Positions 25,335 to 38,770 of a stretch of DNA of 64,000 nucleotides are shown here, in pieces. The position numbers and the translations under genes are program-made. Within the stretch, counting starts at the first letter, position 1. Each line of letters begins with the position of its first letter. The stretch lies in the NCBI RefSeq assembly GCF_964355755.1, contig NC_092678.1:19857365-19921364 (forward strand). The letters run 5' to 3'. The notes under the pieces are model-generated. The model saw nothing but the letters and a program-made list of their open reading frames with translations, made no database searches and was not told the origin of the DNA. This DNA comes from Antedon mediterranea. Its lineage: Eukaryota; Animalia; Echinodermata.

Positions 25335-28300
25335 ATGGATATCGACAGACTACAATCGTTCCGAAGAATTACATTTATATTGTATATATTCTTCTTATGT
25401 GTTAACGTTTCTTCTTCGTCAAATCGGAATGAAGTTGTGCTGACTGACAACAGATACCAAAATCTTATTATTGCTATCAACAAAAAGGTTCCAGTTGATA
25501 CGACTATTATTGATAGAATAAAGGTTTGTAGGTTTGGTTATCTAAAAACGGGGAATTGTTGGTTTTCCCCAGCGGACGATTGCATGTCGCTATTAAAAAA
25601 AAGATCAGACTCGACAATGCTGCTACAACTTACCCGGAATTAAGTTTTAAATGATTCATCCAGGTCATGTAAACTAAATTCTCAATCATTTAAGAGTTTG
25701 GTCTGACGCTAATTCTTAATAATAAAAAAAGGTTAGACCAGCCAGTTTATGGAGTCTTAAAAGAGGTTAAAGTGTCCCCGATTGTAGGTTTGGTTATCTA
25801 AAAACGGGGAATTGTTGGTTTTTCCCCCAGCGAACGATTGCATGTCGCTATCAAAAAAATTGATCAGACTCGACAATGCTGCTACAACCCGGAATTAAGT
25901 TATAAATGGTTCATCAAGTTTAATTTGTGCAAATCTAAATTCTCGATCTTTTAAGAGTTTGGGCTTACGCTAATTCTTAGTATAACAATAATAGGTTGAA
26001 CCAGCCAGTTGATGGAAAGTCTTGGAAGAGTCAGCGTAAAGTGTCCCCGAAACAAATTCTGATCTTTAGTGATTTCATTTAAATAGCCTCTGAACCATGC
26101 AAATCTTGTAATAGTTTCCTCCTATTTTTTTGTATGGAGGTTGTTTTTTAATGGATTTGTGTTGTTAATGGAATGTTCTCGAAGTGAGTTACATTTATTA
26201 AACTTTCAATAACTAAAGTACTGTTGTTTTTTTATGTTATAGGATTTATTCACCGACGGATCGCGAAGACTGTTTGAGGCGACCAACAGACGGGCCTACT
26301 GGGAAACCATTACGATTTTAGTTCCTAAAACATGGCCAGCTAATGCAAATTACATATTGCCTAAAACGGAGAGTTTTAGTGTAGCTAATATTGTGATCGA
26401 CCTCCCGAATGAACGATATGATGACAACCCGTACACACAGCAGCCTGGCCTTTGTGGACATAAGGGAGAATATATTCATTTAACACCAAATTTTATACTT
26501 AATAAGATAGACAGCGAGAAAATGTGGGGTCCAGTGGGTAAGTTGTTTCTTTTTATAAGTTGTATCTCAACAAGGACTTGATATGTTGTCTAGAGGTAGA
26601 ATATTTAGAATAAATCACGCCAGGATCGGGAACACTTTTTCCATACGCATTTTCCCATAAGGTTAAACCAACAGTCACGACACAGAAAGATACAATTACA
26701 TAATATATGCCTATACTTCAGTATTCCATCCACATGTTATGCACAGACGTACAGTACATAATGGTCAAATAATCTATATTATTTATGATTATATGCACAA
26801 TAGAAATGTAAAGTTATTTAACATTGTTTTTTTGTTTCCATTTAGACAAATTGTTGGTGCACGAATGGGGTCATCTTCAGTGGGGCCTCTTTGATGAGTA
26901 TCCTACCAAGGATACTCCCAATTTCTATAAACATTCCAACAACAAAATCGAAGCCACCAGATGTTCGCTTACGGTCAAAGGTCAATATAAAAAGAACGGT
27001 ACGGATGACGAATGTTATTTGGATCCCGAGACTGGTGTCTATGAGAGTGGATGTGTGTTCTCTCCAGATACTAACAATCAAACTGCTACGGCTTCATATA
27101 TGTATGGCCAATTCATAGACTCGGTAAGTCTTTAATACTGTTATATTACCATAGTCATTTCAGAAGAAAAAAAATATGTGTTCTTCGTGTTTCCCATTGA
27201 ATACAGGTTTGATTTCTTCGAAGTGTTATTGGTTGTTACTCCTCAAAAAATTATTAGTTTTATACTATATATAATAAACATAAGTTTAGTTCACACTTGA
27301 ACTGAACGCAAGAACGTAAGTCTAATGCATGTAATTTGACCAATCACGACGCGATTGGTTCTTACGTTGCTTCAACATGTGGGAAAGAATTACTATACTT
27401 GATTCGTCTTACCAGATAAGTTATCTTAAACCCTTAAAGTGGAGCTCCACCCAGAAAATTACTATTTTTCATATATTTCAACTATTATTTAAAAATATCA
27501 TCCCTTATACTTCATATTTTTTTGAATTTTTTTTCAATGAGTACGATTTTCTTGAAAATCACGCCTTTTTGCGTTTTGGGGGGATACCTTGTAATTTCCT
27601 ATTATTTTACATGCAAAAGGGGGGTATATTTGAATAATCCTAAAAAATTCATTTCTTCACCAAAAAAAAAATGTAAAATGTATATTGATGTAATTTTTCC
27701 AGATCTTTCTATTTCTGGTATTTTTATCACGTATACATTGCGCAATTTTGCGTAAATAGACACTTTCCCCCGTTCGGGTCCAATTGGGTTTTTTATTTTG
27801 CTAGGGAGTACGATCACGTGACATTTTTCACAATCACACTACTGCAGCTGGCGATCTGTTATTTTGTCGCGATGTTATTTTTGACGGGCGAAAAGTATAT
27901 TAAAACATTCTGAATGTGACCCTATTATGTTTCACAGTGTAATAATGTGATTATGAGACTATTACTAAAATGTCAAATTTAACGAGATTTGAGAAAGACG
28001 TGGCTATATATTCAATAAAGCTAGGCCTACTAGAGTGTAGGTATGTACCGATGCTGCTTGGCCTCTAGCTAGGCTAGGCTGACAGCAGTGAAGTTTGTTT
28101 TGCTGGCACCCGACCTTGGCCTACCCATGGGCCATGATAGGGTGCCTGAATAGTTGCTTTTCAGTCAGGTCTAAGCTTGCACATCGCTTTACTACTCTTT
28201 ACTACTCTTGTTCTGTATACTATAGGATTTTGTGTTTCACAATTCTTAATGTGCGAGAAAACCCAGGAACGATAAATGGGGCGAAACGACCATGCCTATG

Positions 28301-31300
28301 AATACATAGGCCTCTAGACAAAAATTCAAGGCTAGCTAGGCTGAGCAGACGGCTGAGCTAGGCCTAGCCCTAGCTTAAAGTTAAAAGCAATCTGATAAGA
28401 TTATTATGCTGTTGTTGTACAGTGAAAATCATGAGGTTACATGTAAATTATACTGACATTCTTATCGGAAATATTACTTAGGCCTAAACAAATCGTATTA
28501 ATTGTGTGTATAAAATTTATTCCCCATTTTTCGACACATAATTTACCAAAGGGGAGACATTTCATCAATGCGTTGACCAGCGACTAAAACGCGTCAGTCG
28601 CTAAGTGTAACGCGTTTTGCGACGTATTGTAAACTAATAACCCCTAAGTTACTGAAAAACTGTAATGTGTTAAAAAACACTATTTCCTGACCGATTTTTT
28701 AGAAATGAGTTTTTGGAAAATATTTCCGTATTTTCCTGGTTTTTTTTATGCAATCACTTTCAATTAAACATACTTAAACATGATATAAGCTGAGAAAGTC
28801 TGAGTGTAGCTCCACTTTAATTAGTTATCTTCACACATTTGAAAAAAAACCCCAATATTTATCATATTATAGGAGTCAAACACGCGACCCAATGAACATA
28901 AAAAGCGACGGTTTTATTGCTCTCTTAACAGATATTCCGTAGTAAATTTTGCCGCTCTTTTGACTGGTAGCATAGCCATTTTTGTTACGTTCGTTTTTTA
29001 ATAAATTTCAATTTTTAGGTCACGTCGTTCTGTCACAGTGACCCGTCAGACCCACTGGGTTATCATGATGTTGAGCTGCCTCATAAACATAATACAATGT
29101 GTGGTTCAAGAAGTGCGTGGGATATAATTCTAAGAACACAAGATTTCAAAGGCGGTGTCAACCAACCTGTGGCTGGATATGTCGATACGACACCAACGTT
29201 CACACTTATGCAACCGACAGACCGACGTGTAGTGTTAGTGTTGGATACGTCAGGGAGTATGACTGTAAATATAATACATATTTTACTTACTTTACTACAC
29301 CAGATTATAGTGTTGGATACGTCAGGGAATATGATTGTAAATAAGAAATATGTTACTTCCTTTACTACACCAGATTATTTCATATAATCATAGATGTGAG
29401 AAATCATCATAGATGATATATTTCTATAAGGAATAGTACAAAACGTTGTGTAAGCAAGCACAGTAGGTTTGCCACGAAGAGATGAAACTTACATATTAAA
29501 GACCCCAATAAATGGAGTCAAAACATATATACAATACCGTTTCTATAGTATTTGCTTGATTAATTTTCTCTATATTTAAGGGCGACAGGATTCAGCAACT
29601 CCGACAATCAGCAACACATTATCTGTTATATACCATTGATAGTGGAAGTTATGTTGGCATCGTTCACTTTTCAACTTATGCACAGGTTTTATCCGAATTG
29701 GTAGAAATAACTGATGATAATTCTCGTGAAGCTCTGGTGGCAGTATTGCCAACAGTTGCTACTGGTGGTACATCCATAGGGTCTGGTGTGCTAAAAGGAA
29801 TTAAGGTAACAATGTCATGTTCAGAGACTCATTAGGAAACGCTTAGGCAACTATAAATAATATGGATGTGCATATTGTGTTTTTATTTTGTGTATTTTTA
29901 TGCATTTCATATGCACGGCACGTTTAAGACCATTCAGAGAATGAGCAGTCTGTCACCTAACAGCAATGTGCGATTGTTTTCAATTCATATCCAAACTAAT
30001 GGCAGGGTGTGTAAAGTCAGAGGCCTAATTTTAAACCACCATTATAGAACTGAATATGTGCACAAACGGTTTTTTTTTTTTCATTTTTCTGTGTGCAACA
30101 TCTTATGAGAACTGTGCATTATAATAGTATTTAGTTTGAGGTTGTTAGTTAAAGTAGGCCTATATTCTGAATTAATCTTCACATGGGCCTTTCCTAGTTT
30201 GTAAATTGATACAACCAGTTTTAAATATTTGTTATGATTTAACTGCGAAGTGAACCATTACCGTACACAATAGTTATACTTGAAAGTGAAACATATTATG
30301 GTGAATCTTTTTTAATTCTTCAATATAGGTGCTTTCGCGTGGTATACAAACTGCAAAAGGTGGTTCACTACTCTTACTAACGGATGGAATGAACAACGCC
30401 CTACCTGATATCAATGATGTTCTTGATGACGTAGAAAACGCAGGCGTCGTCGTAGACACTATTGCCTTCTCTAGCAGTGCCGATCCTAATCTTGAAAATC
30501 TTAGTGATGTATCGGGCGGAATTGCATTTTACTTTAACGACATTGAAGATATATCTGTTCTTAATAGTGCTTTTGAAACAACTGTTACAAGCCGACCGGA
30601 TCAAAGCTCTCAGCCTCTCCCAATAATGGTTATTATATGTTTGTTATCTAATTGTGTGAACCCAAGGCAATATAACAACAGGATGTTGAGCTCGCCTTGC
30701 CAAGAGTACATTGTTCCCCGGTTTCTGCTTAGGTGCGTGGAACTGATCGTGTCGTAACCAAACATAAAACCTTTAATCCTGTTGTTAGATTGCCTTGGTA
30801 AGCCTATGGTTGTTTTAAATAAAGTTTACTGTCTCAATAATGCGATTCAAGAGAATGAAATATCCATTCATTGAGGGCAGAGTAATGTGCAATTTAAGCT
30901 TGGTTCCCAATAGGCGAGTTTACCAATGACAAGCGACAGTTTAAATATTCTATCAATTGGTCAAATAAAGTTACGCCGAGTTTACGTACTTGCGTTGCGT
31001 CTCTAGTGGGAACCAAGCATTACTCTACTAACATGACCTGAACATATGACTTTGGTTTTATTTGTTTTTTACTTATATATCTCAACCTCTACCTTGTATT
31101 TTATATTTAAAAAAATGTTAATGCCCACTTCTTCACCGGAAGTTCGAGGAGCTTATTATTATTGGCTTAGACAGAGACCAACTTTTAAAACTTTGTTTCT
31201 TAATGATCTCTAATCAGTTATACAACATTTTAGCTTCACAGCGATGCTGTAGCTACAGTTGGTGGATCATTTTCAAGCGTTGAATCTGTGATTGTTGATT

Positions 31301-34300
31301 CAGATCTAGGGAAAGACACAGTTTTCTCTTTCTCGTGGATCAACTCATACAGCATTCAAGTAACTCTTACATCACCGGACGGGAATTTAGTTGATCAAAG
31401 TTTACAAAAGGTTGACCTGTCGCTAAAGACGATCAATATTAAGATTCCGAATATTGCCCAGGTAAGAGGTGAATATTACATCTGTGTTTGCTAGACCTAT
31501 TACATTTTTATAGTAGGCCAATAAGATATTTAATATCTTAGAGGTTTTGAAATACAGTGGACAATATAAGTTGATTACCTGTAGCGAATTTTTCAGTTAT
31601 TAGAAGTCTTATTTTCTCAAATGTTCTCTAATTGATCCAAAATCGTAGTGCCTGCCAACAGGCCTAATTAATACTCTATCAACAGTATAATATGATTTTT
31701 TAAAAAATGTGTTTTAATATAGGATGGAATATGGGATTTCAGCATCAAAAGCCCTAGTACCGATACTGTCACAGTGAATGTACAATCAAGTCCCCAGACT
31801 GCTGACAATTGCCCTATAACAGTCGTCCCACTCATAGGTGACCCTTCGATTGATTACACCACAGAGCCCTACACAATAATCTGCGTAGCTGTTACCAAGT
31901 GCTATTTACCCGTAGTAGGTGCTGATGTATTTGTTGAAGTTGAAAGTTCAAATTCATGTCAGACGGTAGAATTATTACTATTTGATAATGGAGCAGGTGC
32001 AGATGTCACCAAAGATGATGGAATATATTGTGGTTATTTTTTGGACGCATGTGGAAACGGTCGCTATAGTGTTTCCGTAAAAGTCAAAAGTCCGGAAACA
32101 AATTCAGCTTTTGTTAACATGGCTAAAGCAACGGGATCGCTACCAATCAATCCAGGTCAGAATACTTTAAAATTTACATGAATATGTCCTGTCGTCCATT
32201 AGGTCTATCATTAATTAATTCATTCATTTTACTTTTATTTTGAAAACGAACGTTCATAGTTACAAAATCAATTGCATAAATAAGTTTAAATAAAAAAGTC
32301 AGACACAAAAAAAAAACACCGGTATCAGATCATCTCAAATGTAGGCCTAGGATCACAGTGTAGGCCTACATCAGACATACTAAAAGAAGTCTACTTACAT
32401 TTAAAACAACCCTTACAATTAGCTGTCAATTATTATTTAGATTCAACGACGAATAAAGAATTACCAGTTTTTGTTCCGACTGAAATGTTTTCACGCAGTG
32501 CTTCAGGCGGAGTTATACAGGTAACAGGTTATGTCAACAGACCACCGACAACCGATGTCATATCTCCATCGAAGATCATCGATCTCAGAGTTCTTGCAAC
32601 TTCGTATTCAGAACAGAAAGTTGTAATACAATGGACGGCAGTGGGAGACGATCTAGATACAGGAAATGGTATGTGCATGTGCATAAATATTTAAATTAAC
32701 TTCCTCCAACAATCCCCCTACCTCTAACTTTCCCACTTCCCCGACCCTTATCTTCACCATCGCTCCATTCTCTCTTTTTCTCTTTCTTGTGCTAAGACTT
32801 ACGAGCCATTACCAATGCACGTTACACAAAGTGTTGTATACAGTCTGCGCGTATAATAGGAGCGATCGTTAAAACATGCCTAAATATTGGTAGAACTACA
32901 GAGTAACCAGAGCCAGCACAGATGCTTCTCGATGCAACACATTATTTAGTTTTCAGAACCAGCCTGCATGTCTGAAATTTGACACCAAGATTTGTTTATA
33001 GCCTAAACTGGATGTAGGCTGCCCCCTATCGGATATTACCGGCCCTCTATCGACAAATTGTATATGAATGCAGTTTTGGTTTAAACTATAATAGCCTGGG
33101 TGCAGAACAGTTAAAATACACATTAGCAAGAAAAAAGTATAGGAAAATTTTTTTTTTCTGATAGAGTATACCATATAGAATGTCAGAAAAAAAATCCCCA
33201 TCCCAGGGTTTTGGGGAAAACTTTTTACGGCAATTTTAAATTTTGGCCTATATAACACACACAAATTCCTATTAACATACACAGATACTTATATATAGGG
33301 GATAGGGAAAATCAATTAACGGTTTTTGTTACTTGCAGTTGTGTTTTAAGGATTAAAATTGCTAGAGGCTTACTTTAATAACTACTTCACATAGTAGTTG
33401 ATGAATCAAGTCGTTACGATGACATCATTATGCCAGAATCCAATATTGTGTCCAATGTGGTGAGAAAAAGCAGGGTATTGCTAAACCCTGCAAACCCCCG
33501 CAAACCCCCCAAAAAAACATAGCAAACCCCACCGAACCAACATAAAAGTGATTGAATTATGGAGTGTACAACCCACTGGGTATATACCATATTAAATTTC
33601 TACTGTTAACTACTTATTTTGGGGATAAAACATAATTTTTTGGTTAAAAATTAGCAATCATTTTTTACCAAAAAAAATTATGTTTTACCTCAAAAAATAA
33701 GTAGTTAACAGCAGAAATTTAATATTTGTTTTACATGGATATACCCAGTGGGTTGTACACTACATGATTCAATCAATTTTATGTTGGTTCGGTGGGGTTT
33801 GCTATGTTTTTTGGAGGTTTTCGGGGGCTTGCGGGGTTTAGCAATACCCTGTTTTTCCCGCCCAAATTGGACGCCATATTGGATTCTGGCATGATGATGT
33901 CATTGTTATCGACTCGATTTATCAACTACTATGAGAAGTATTTATTAAAGTAATCCTCAGCTAACTTTTATCATCATAACACAACTCCAAGTCAAAAAAA
34001 CCTGAATTGATTTTCCCTATCCCCTATATAGGTAATTGTGTGTGTTAATAGGCATTTGTGTGTGTTATATAGGCCAAAATTTAAAAGTGCCGTAAAAAAT
34101 TTTCCCCAAGACCCTGGGATGGGGATTTTTTTTCTGACATTCTATATGGTATACTCTATTAGTAAAAAATATAAAAAATTGTCCTATACTTTTTTCCCGC
34201 AAAATTTGTACTGCACCCAGGCTATTGATCTGCATTATCACACGTGAGAGTCAGATATGATATTATTTCTTCATTTTGGTACCGTTGATCTGTTTTAGTT

Positions 34301-35536
34301 TCAATTTATAATGTTAACTTATGTTTTCCTTATTTTCTAGCAACTAAATACGAACTTAAAATGGCAAACAGTTTCTCCGAACTGCTTACAAATTTCGCAA
34401 ATGCGCGTGAAATCAATAACAATGACGTCATTGAAGGGGATATAACAATAATTAGACCAGCCGGTGTTGTTGAAAGAATAGGGTTGAGAGTGCCAACACG
34501 AGGGGCCAATCAAACATATTTTTTTGCTATTCGAGCCCAGGATGAAGCAAGTAATTACGGTGATGTTTCTAACATTGTGTCGGCAAATATGCAATACATA
34601 CCGCCGATTCCTTATATGGTAAATTCAACAACTGTGTCTCTAACATCTGCTGATAAAACAAAAGTTACTGAAACAGTTACTGAAACAGTTACGGATGTTA
34701 CTGCAGATGCCATTACAACAGCTATTTCATCTACCGATTGGACTATAGGCCTAACCAGGAGTGACAGATCTACTGGGCCTACGTATTTTACTCAAACCAC
34801 AACGTCTACTATTACTACCACTCCTACAGATTCAACAGCCGTAAACCACACTGTAAGCTACACTACTACTCTCGAAAACACGACTCCATCACTAGATCCT
34901 ACAACAGAAAACCCGACTACTCAGACAAGCTTGGAGACCGAAGAGCCGACAAGTCATGAATTTACTACAGGCAGCCCAACTACTCTAGCAAGTACAGAGA
35001 CACCTGACTCGACAAGTCGCGAATCAATTACCAGCAAACCTACTACAATCACGATGTCCCCGTCCGCGACTACATTAACAACCGTACCAACTTCCAACAC
35101 AGTTACGTTAATGTCTACAACAGACGTTTTAACAACCAAGAATACATTAGCTGGCACAAGCCAGGCTACCAATTCTAAACATCCTACAAGTGTGCCTGTC
35201 ACTATCCCTGCCAATAACTCCACTACTACAACTGATTTAAGTTCAAATACCACGACAACTATGAATGGCACTACTAATCATACAGACAGTACACAATACC
35301 CTACTATTCCAACATCTCCTACAAAAAGCACTGAACCCATCGAAGCAACTGCTCAGCCACCCGAAAATGAAGATAGAACAGCGTTGTGGGCGTCTCTCGG
35401 TGCTGTTGTTGGTATTGCTTTAATTTCTTTAGCTGTCTTTGGAATTATCAAGTTTATAGGAAAGAAGAACAAAGTTGACATTGACCCAGAAAGCGGACAG
35501 GAAATGACGTCAAGTCAAAGTTTTGAAGATATTTAA
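25335..35536 (+). CDS. CLCA: CLCA family copy 2, with long Thr-rich mucin-like stalk
   Basis: Exons 25335-25523, 26243-26537, 26846-27123, 29019-29264, 29581-29805, 30329-30628, 31234-31461, 31723-32155, 32441-32668, 34341-35536. Same intron positions and intact HEWGH and MIDAS motifs as copy 1. The last exon encodes about 174 more residues. Confidence 0.93.
27438..28816. mobile_element. Kolobok-like non-autonomous element in CLCA-2 intron 3
   Basis: TTAA|agtggagctccacccag ... ctgagtgtagctccact|TTAA: short TIR, AG..CT termini, TTAA TSD. Confidence 0.75.
33092..34224. mobile_element. 1.13-kb foldback element (whole element an imperfect palindrome; Academ-like TAG..CTA ends) in CLCA-2 intron 9
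   Basis: tagcctgggtgcag..ctgcacccaggcta termini, with arms complementary to a centre near 33655. Empty site aaactatattgatctgc in copy 1 at about 17786-17802. TSD ambiguous. Confidence 0.8.
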
Positions 35537-37052
35537 ATAAGATTTTTAAATAGACATATTATGTTGGTCATGATTTAAAACTAATATCTTAGGTCATATT
35601 TATGAATCAAAAATATATATGACTTCCGCCAGTTGTATAGTATGTACCGGTAGATAAAAGTCCGAACATGCTTAATTGTTAACATAATGTGTGTGATATC
35701 TCCTGAGTGACGTGTTTACTTATTTAAAAATCCTATAGACTCACGACTTTCAGATCTTCATGTGCGGAAGTATCATACTTATGTACAGGTATAATAAATA
35801 ATAATTATTATTATTAATACTAATAAGCAAATTTTTTGTCCAGGAAATTTATAGAATGCCTTTGCAGTTTTGTTTATTGTATTTTATTTTTCAAATCAAT
35901 ATAATAATAATATAATAATAATAATATAATAATATAATATCTATTTTATTATATATAAATAAAACAAAAAAGTTAAAAATAATTTGGTTAATAATAGGAC
36001 TACATTAAACCAAGAAATTCTACAGTTAAATAATAATTTATATGGAATTATTTTTAAAAGACAGGTGAAATTGTACAACGACGCACATTTTACATTACAC
36101 TGTGACGATTACGATCTGGGACATAAATACAATTTGGAATATTGTTGTCATTGTTATTGTTGAATTAGAAAAAAAAATCTTGGTATACTTACATTGGAGA
36201 ATATAACAAAATATACAAGTTGTTCTCGGCGGAAAGTTAATTGTGTTTTTTGTTTATACCACTTTACGTTGCGTTATACACACCATACTTACGTACATAT
36301 TTGATGGCACTACAGTAGTTCAACTATTTGTTATGCTTGATTAATTTCGAAATAGTGATATTTCAATTTATTTTCCACATTCGGCACCCACAAGCATGCA
36401 CATGGAGGATGCATATTTTAAGATCTATGTGGAGCACATATCTTTAAGCTAATAACCACCCTTGACAAATATTGATAATAAAAACAAAAGCAATGAATAA
36501 ATAAGTGAACAAATACGGCAGCATACAAATAAATAACAATATAATATAATATGAAGATTTTCTGAATGTTTTTTTAGCTTTTTGATAATTTGATTGGGTA
36601 TCTACATTGAGATCCAGCAACTGATTTTTCAGTAATTTGCCTTTGGATTTATATATAAAGGGTGGTGGTGTTTACTCACCATATATCGAGATCAGAGACA
36701 GTTTAAACGCACGTTTGAAGCTGTTCAGTGATTTTACCTAAACTTATATTGGAAATAAATGGCCACAATTTGGAGCCAGCATAAAAAAATTGAAAAAATG
36801 AATAACATTTGTTAGCAGATAATCTTGTCGCGATTGTTCACTGTTGATGTAGACCAGTAAGCGCCCTCTATAATGTTCCCTATTATGTCATAATTAATCA
36901 TGAATTATTCATGATTTCTGCCCACGTTCGTCCTGGGAAAACGAAGCGACCAGTATATGGTGCACACTTGCAGCACGCCATGTTGATGTTAATAAAGTAC
37001 TGAGATCGCTGGACGGCTGTCGAGTTATAACTCTCAATGGGGTAGCCGGTTA

Positions 37053-38770
37053 GCGATTTTTTTTTCCGTACGAGAGTTCCTCCATATCGGTTCGTTTCGG
37101 ACTCAATCGACTCTCTTCGGTATTCGGTAAAGTCAGCTCACTGATGCGTGACAACATAATACAAACATTTACAAACCGCGAGCTAATACCAAAGAATTCT
37201 TTGCTAATACTTTCACACAGGCTCTCATAATAGTAAAATGAATCTACACTAATACGAGTTTTGATGACATTAAGTAATAAATACTAGGCCTACTTAGTAA
37301 TTACATTAAGAACCCAATAGCATATTGAAGATATTTAGGTCTACGACCCAATAGTAGGTCGTATCAGATATTATTTTTTTAAGTTGAACCATGGAGGTAT
37401 AAAATACCTCCATGGTTGAACGACCTTTTGTCACGAACGAGAGGCTCTTTTCTTATCGTTTATGGTATTGTAGCTAGCCCATGGCTAGCCTAGCCAAGCT
37501 TGTGTAAGCCTATGCAAGGTATTACTTTTGAATTTAAAATGATTATGTACAGTAGGAATTCCTATGCACAGTGTATGTTTTTTATACCTTTTAAAATAAC
37601 ATTATTAAATTAATATTTATATTGTAAGGTAATGGAAATTTTACGTTAAAGGTGTACGTATTAATTATCCCCAATCTTGAAAAATAAAGATTTCAGACTT
37701 TTAATATAGGCAATTTTGGATTTTTAATTAAGTTATAGGCCTACAACTAATATTATTGTTTATTATGTGTATATGTAATTTGGAAAATCATAAAAAATAC
37801 ATGCAAAGTAAAAAATATTCAATTACGGTACTGACACGACTGCAATAGTACAAATACATTTAATAAACGCATTTTCCATGAAGCTTATAATTATATAAAT
37901 AAATATAAATATTTATAATCTTAGGTCTTGGGTCTTAGCTTTCGTGATCTTAGGTCTTAGGGGGTCTTAGCTTTCGTGACACCCTACTATCATCTTGTCA
38001 TGAAGATCGGTTTTCTGTATTCCATATTCTTGATTTTATTTTTTTTATTATGGTTTCTGAAATAAATTTTTTTTTTAAATTGTTCATTTTAATTCGAAAT
38101 TTCCACCGGCCAAGATATCAATAATTATTAAATTAACACAATATTAAACGCTTTATAAGCAAGCATGTGTTTCTACATTACAACTTACAAGAATACATGT
38201 TACTAATACTAGGCCTATAATGTATAAAATTTTTCAAATGTTACACTTAAAAACCTGAAGAAAATTTTAATTTTCTTGATAAAAACATCTGTTAGTGTTA
38301 CTTCTGTACATATAATTTCTAACCTACTACTGTACTTCATTTTATTAAAATAAAAAATAGTACTGTAGATGGAAATGTACTACATTGAATTTGAAGCACA
38401 CGTAGCGTAGTGCTAGGCTAGCTAGGCCTTGCTTGTGACGACCAACAAAGTGCTGCTGCTGTATGTGTGTTACTGTTTGTGAATCTGATGGTACATACAG
38501 TATTATATTATTAAAATTCTAGGCCTATTATTATTATTACAATGACGTTCAGTACTACTATTAATATTTATTATTATATTTACAGTGAGTATAGTTAGCC
38601 TCTAGTAGTATGTACAGTATGTATAAATCTGTCACTCGTGAAAAAAAAAGCTGCTCACGTTTTGTCTTGTGGTTGCTGTCACGCATCAGTGAGCATCGGT
38701 GGCTTACCGAAGAGTCAATTGAGTCCGAAACGAACCGATGGAGGAACTCTCGTACGGAAAAAAAAATCGC
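37053..38770. mobile_element. MULE-like non-autonomous element
   Basis: ~100-bp imperfect TIRs gcgatttttttttccgtacgagagttcctcc... with 9-bp TSD agccggtta at 37044-37052 and 38771-38779. Confidence 0.85.

Larger units (their letters stand above)
9808..37000 (+). repeat. Tandem segmental duplication carrying the CLCA genes (unit 1 about 9808-23990, unit 2 about 24055-37000)
   Basis: Upstream 9870-10965 matches 24120-25162. The 3' flank after 18583 matches the flank after 35536. The distal end 23820-23990 matches 36760-37000. The units differ by independent transposon insertions. Confidence 0.9.

Noticed and set aside
9808-37000. CLCA duplication as an uncollapsed-haplotype assembly artefact
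   Set aside because: The central exons differ at about a quarter of residues and the central introns are unalignable, which is too divergent for alleles. Long reads across about 24000 would settle it.
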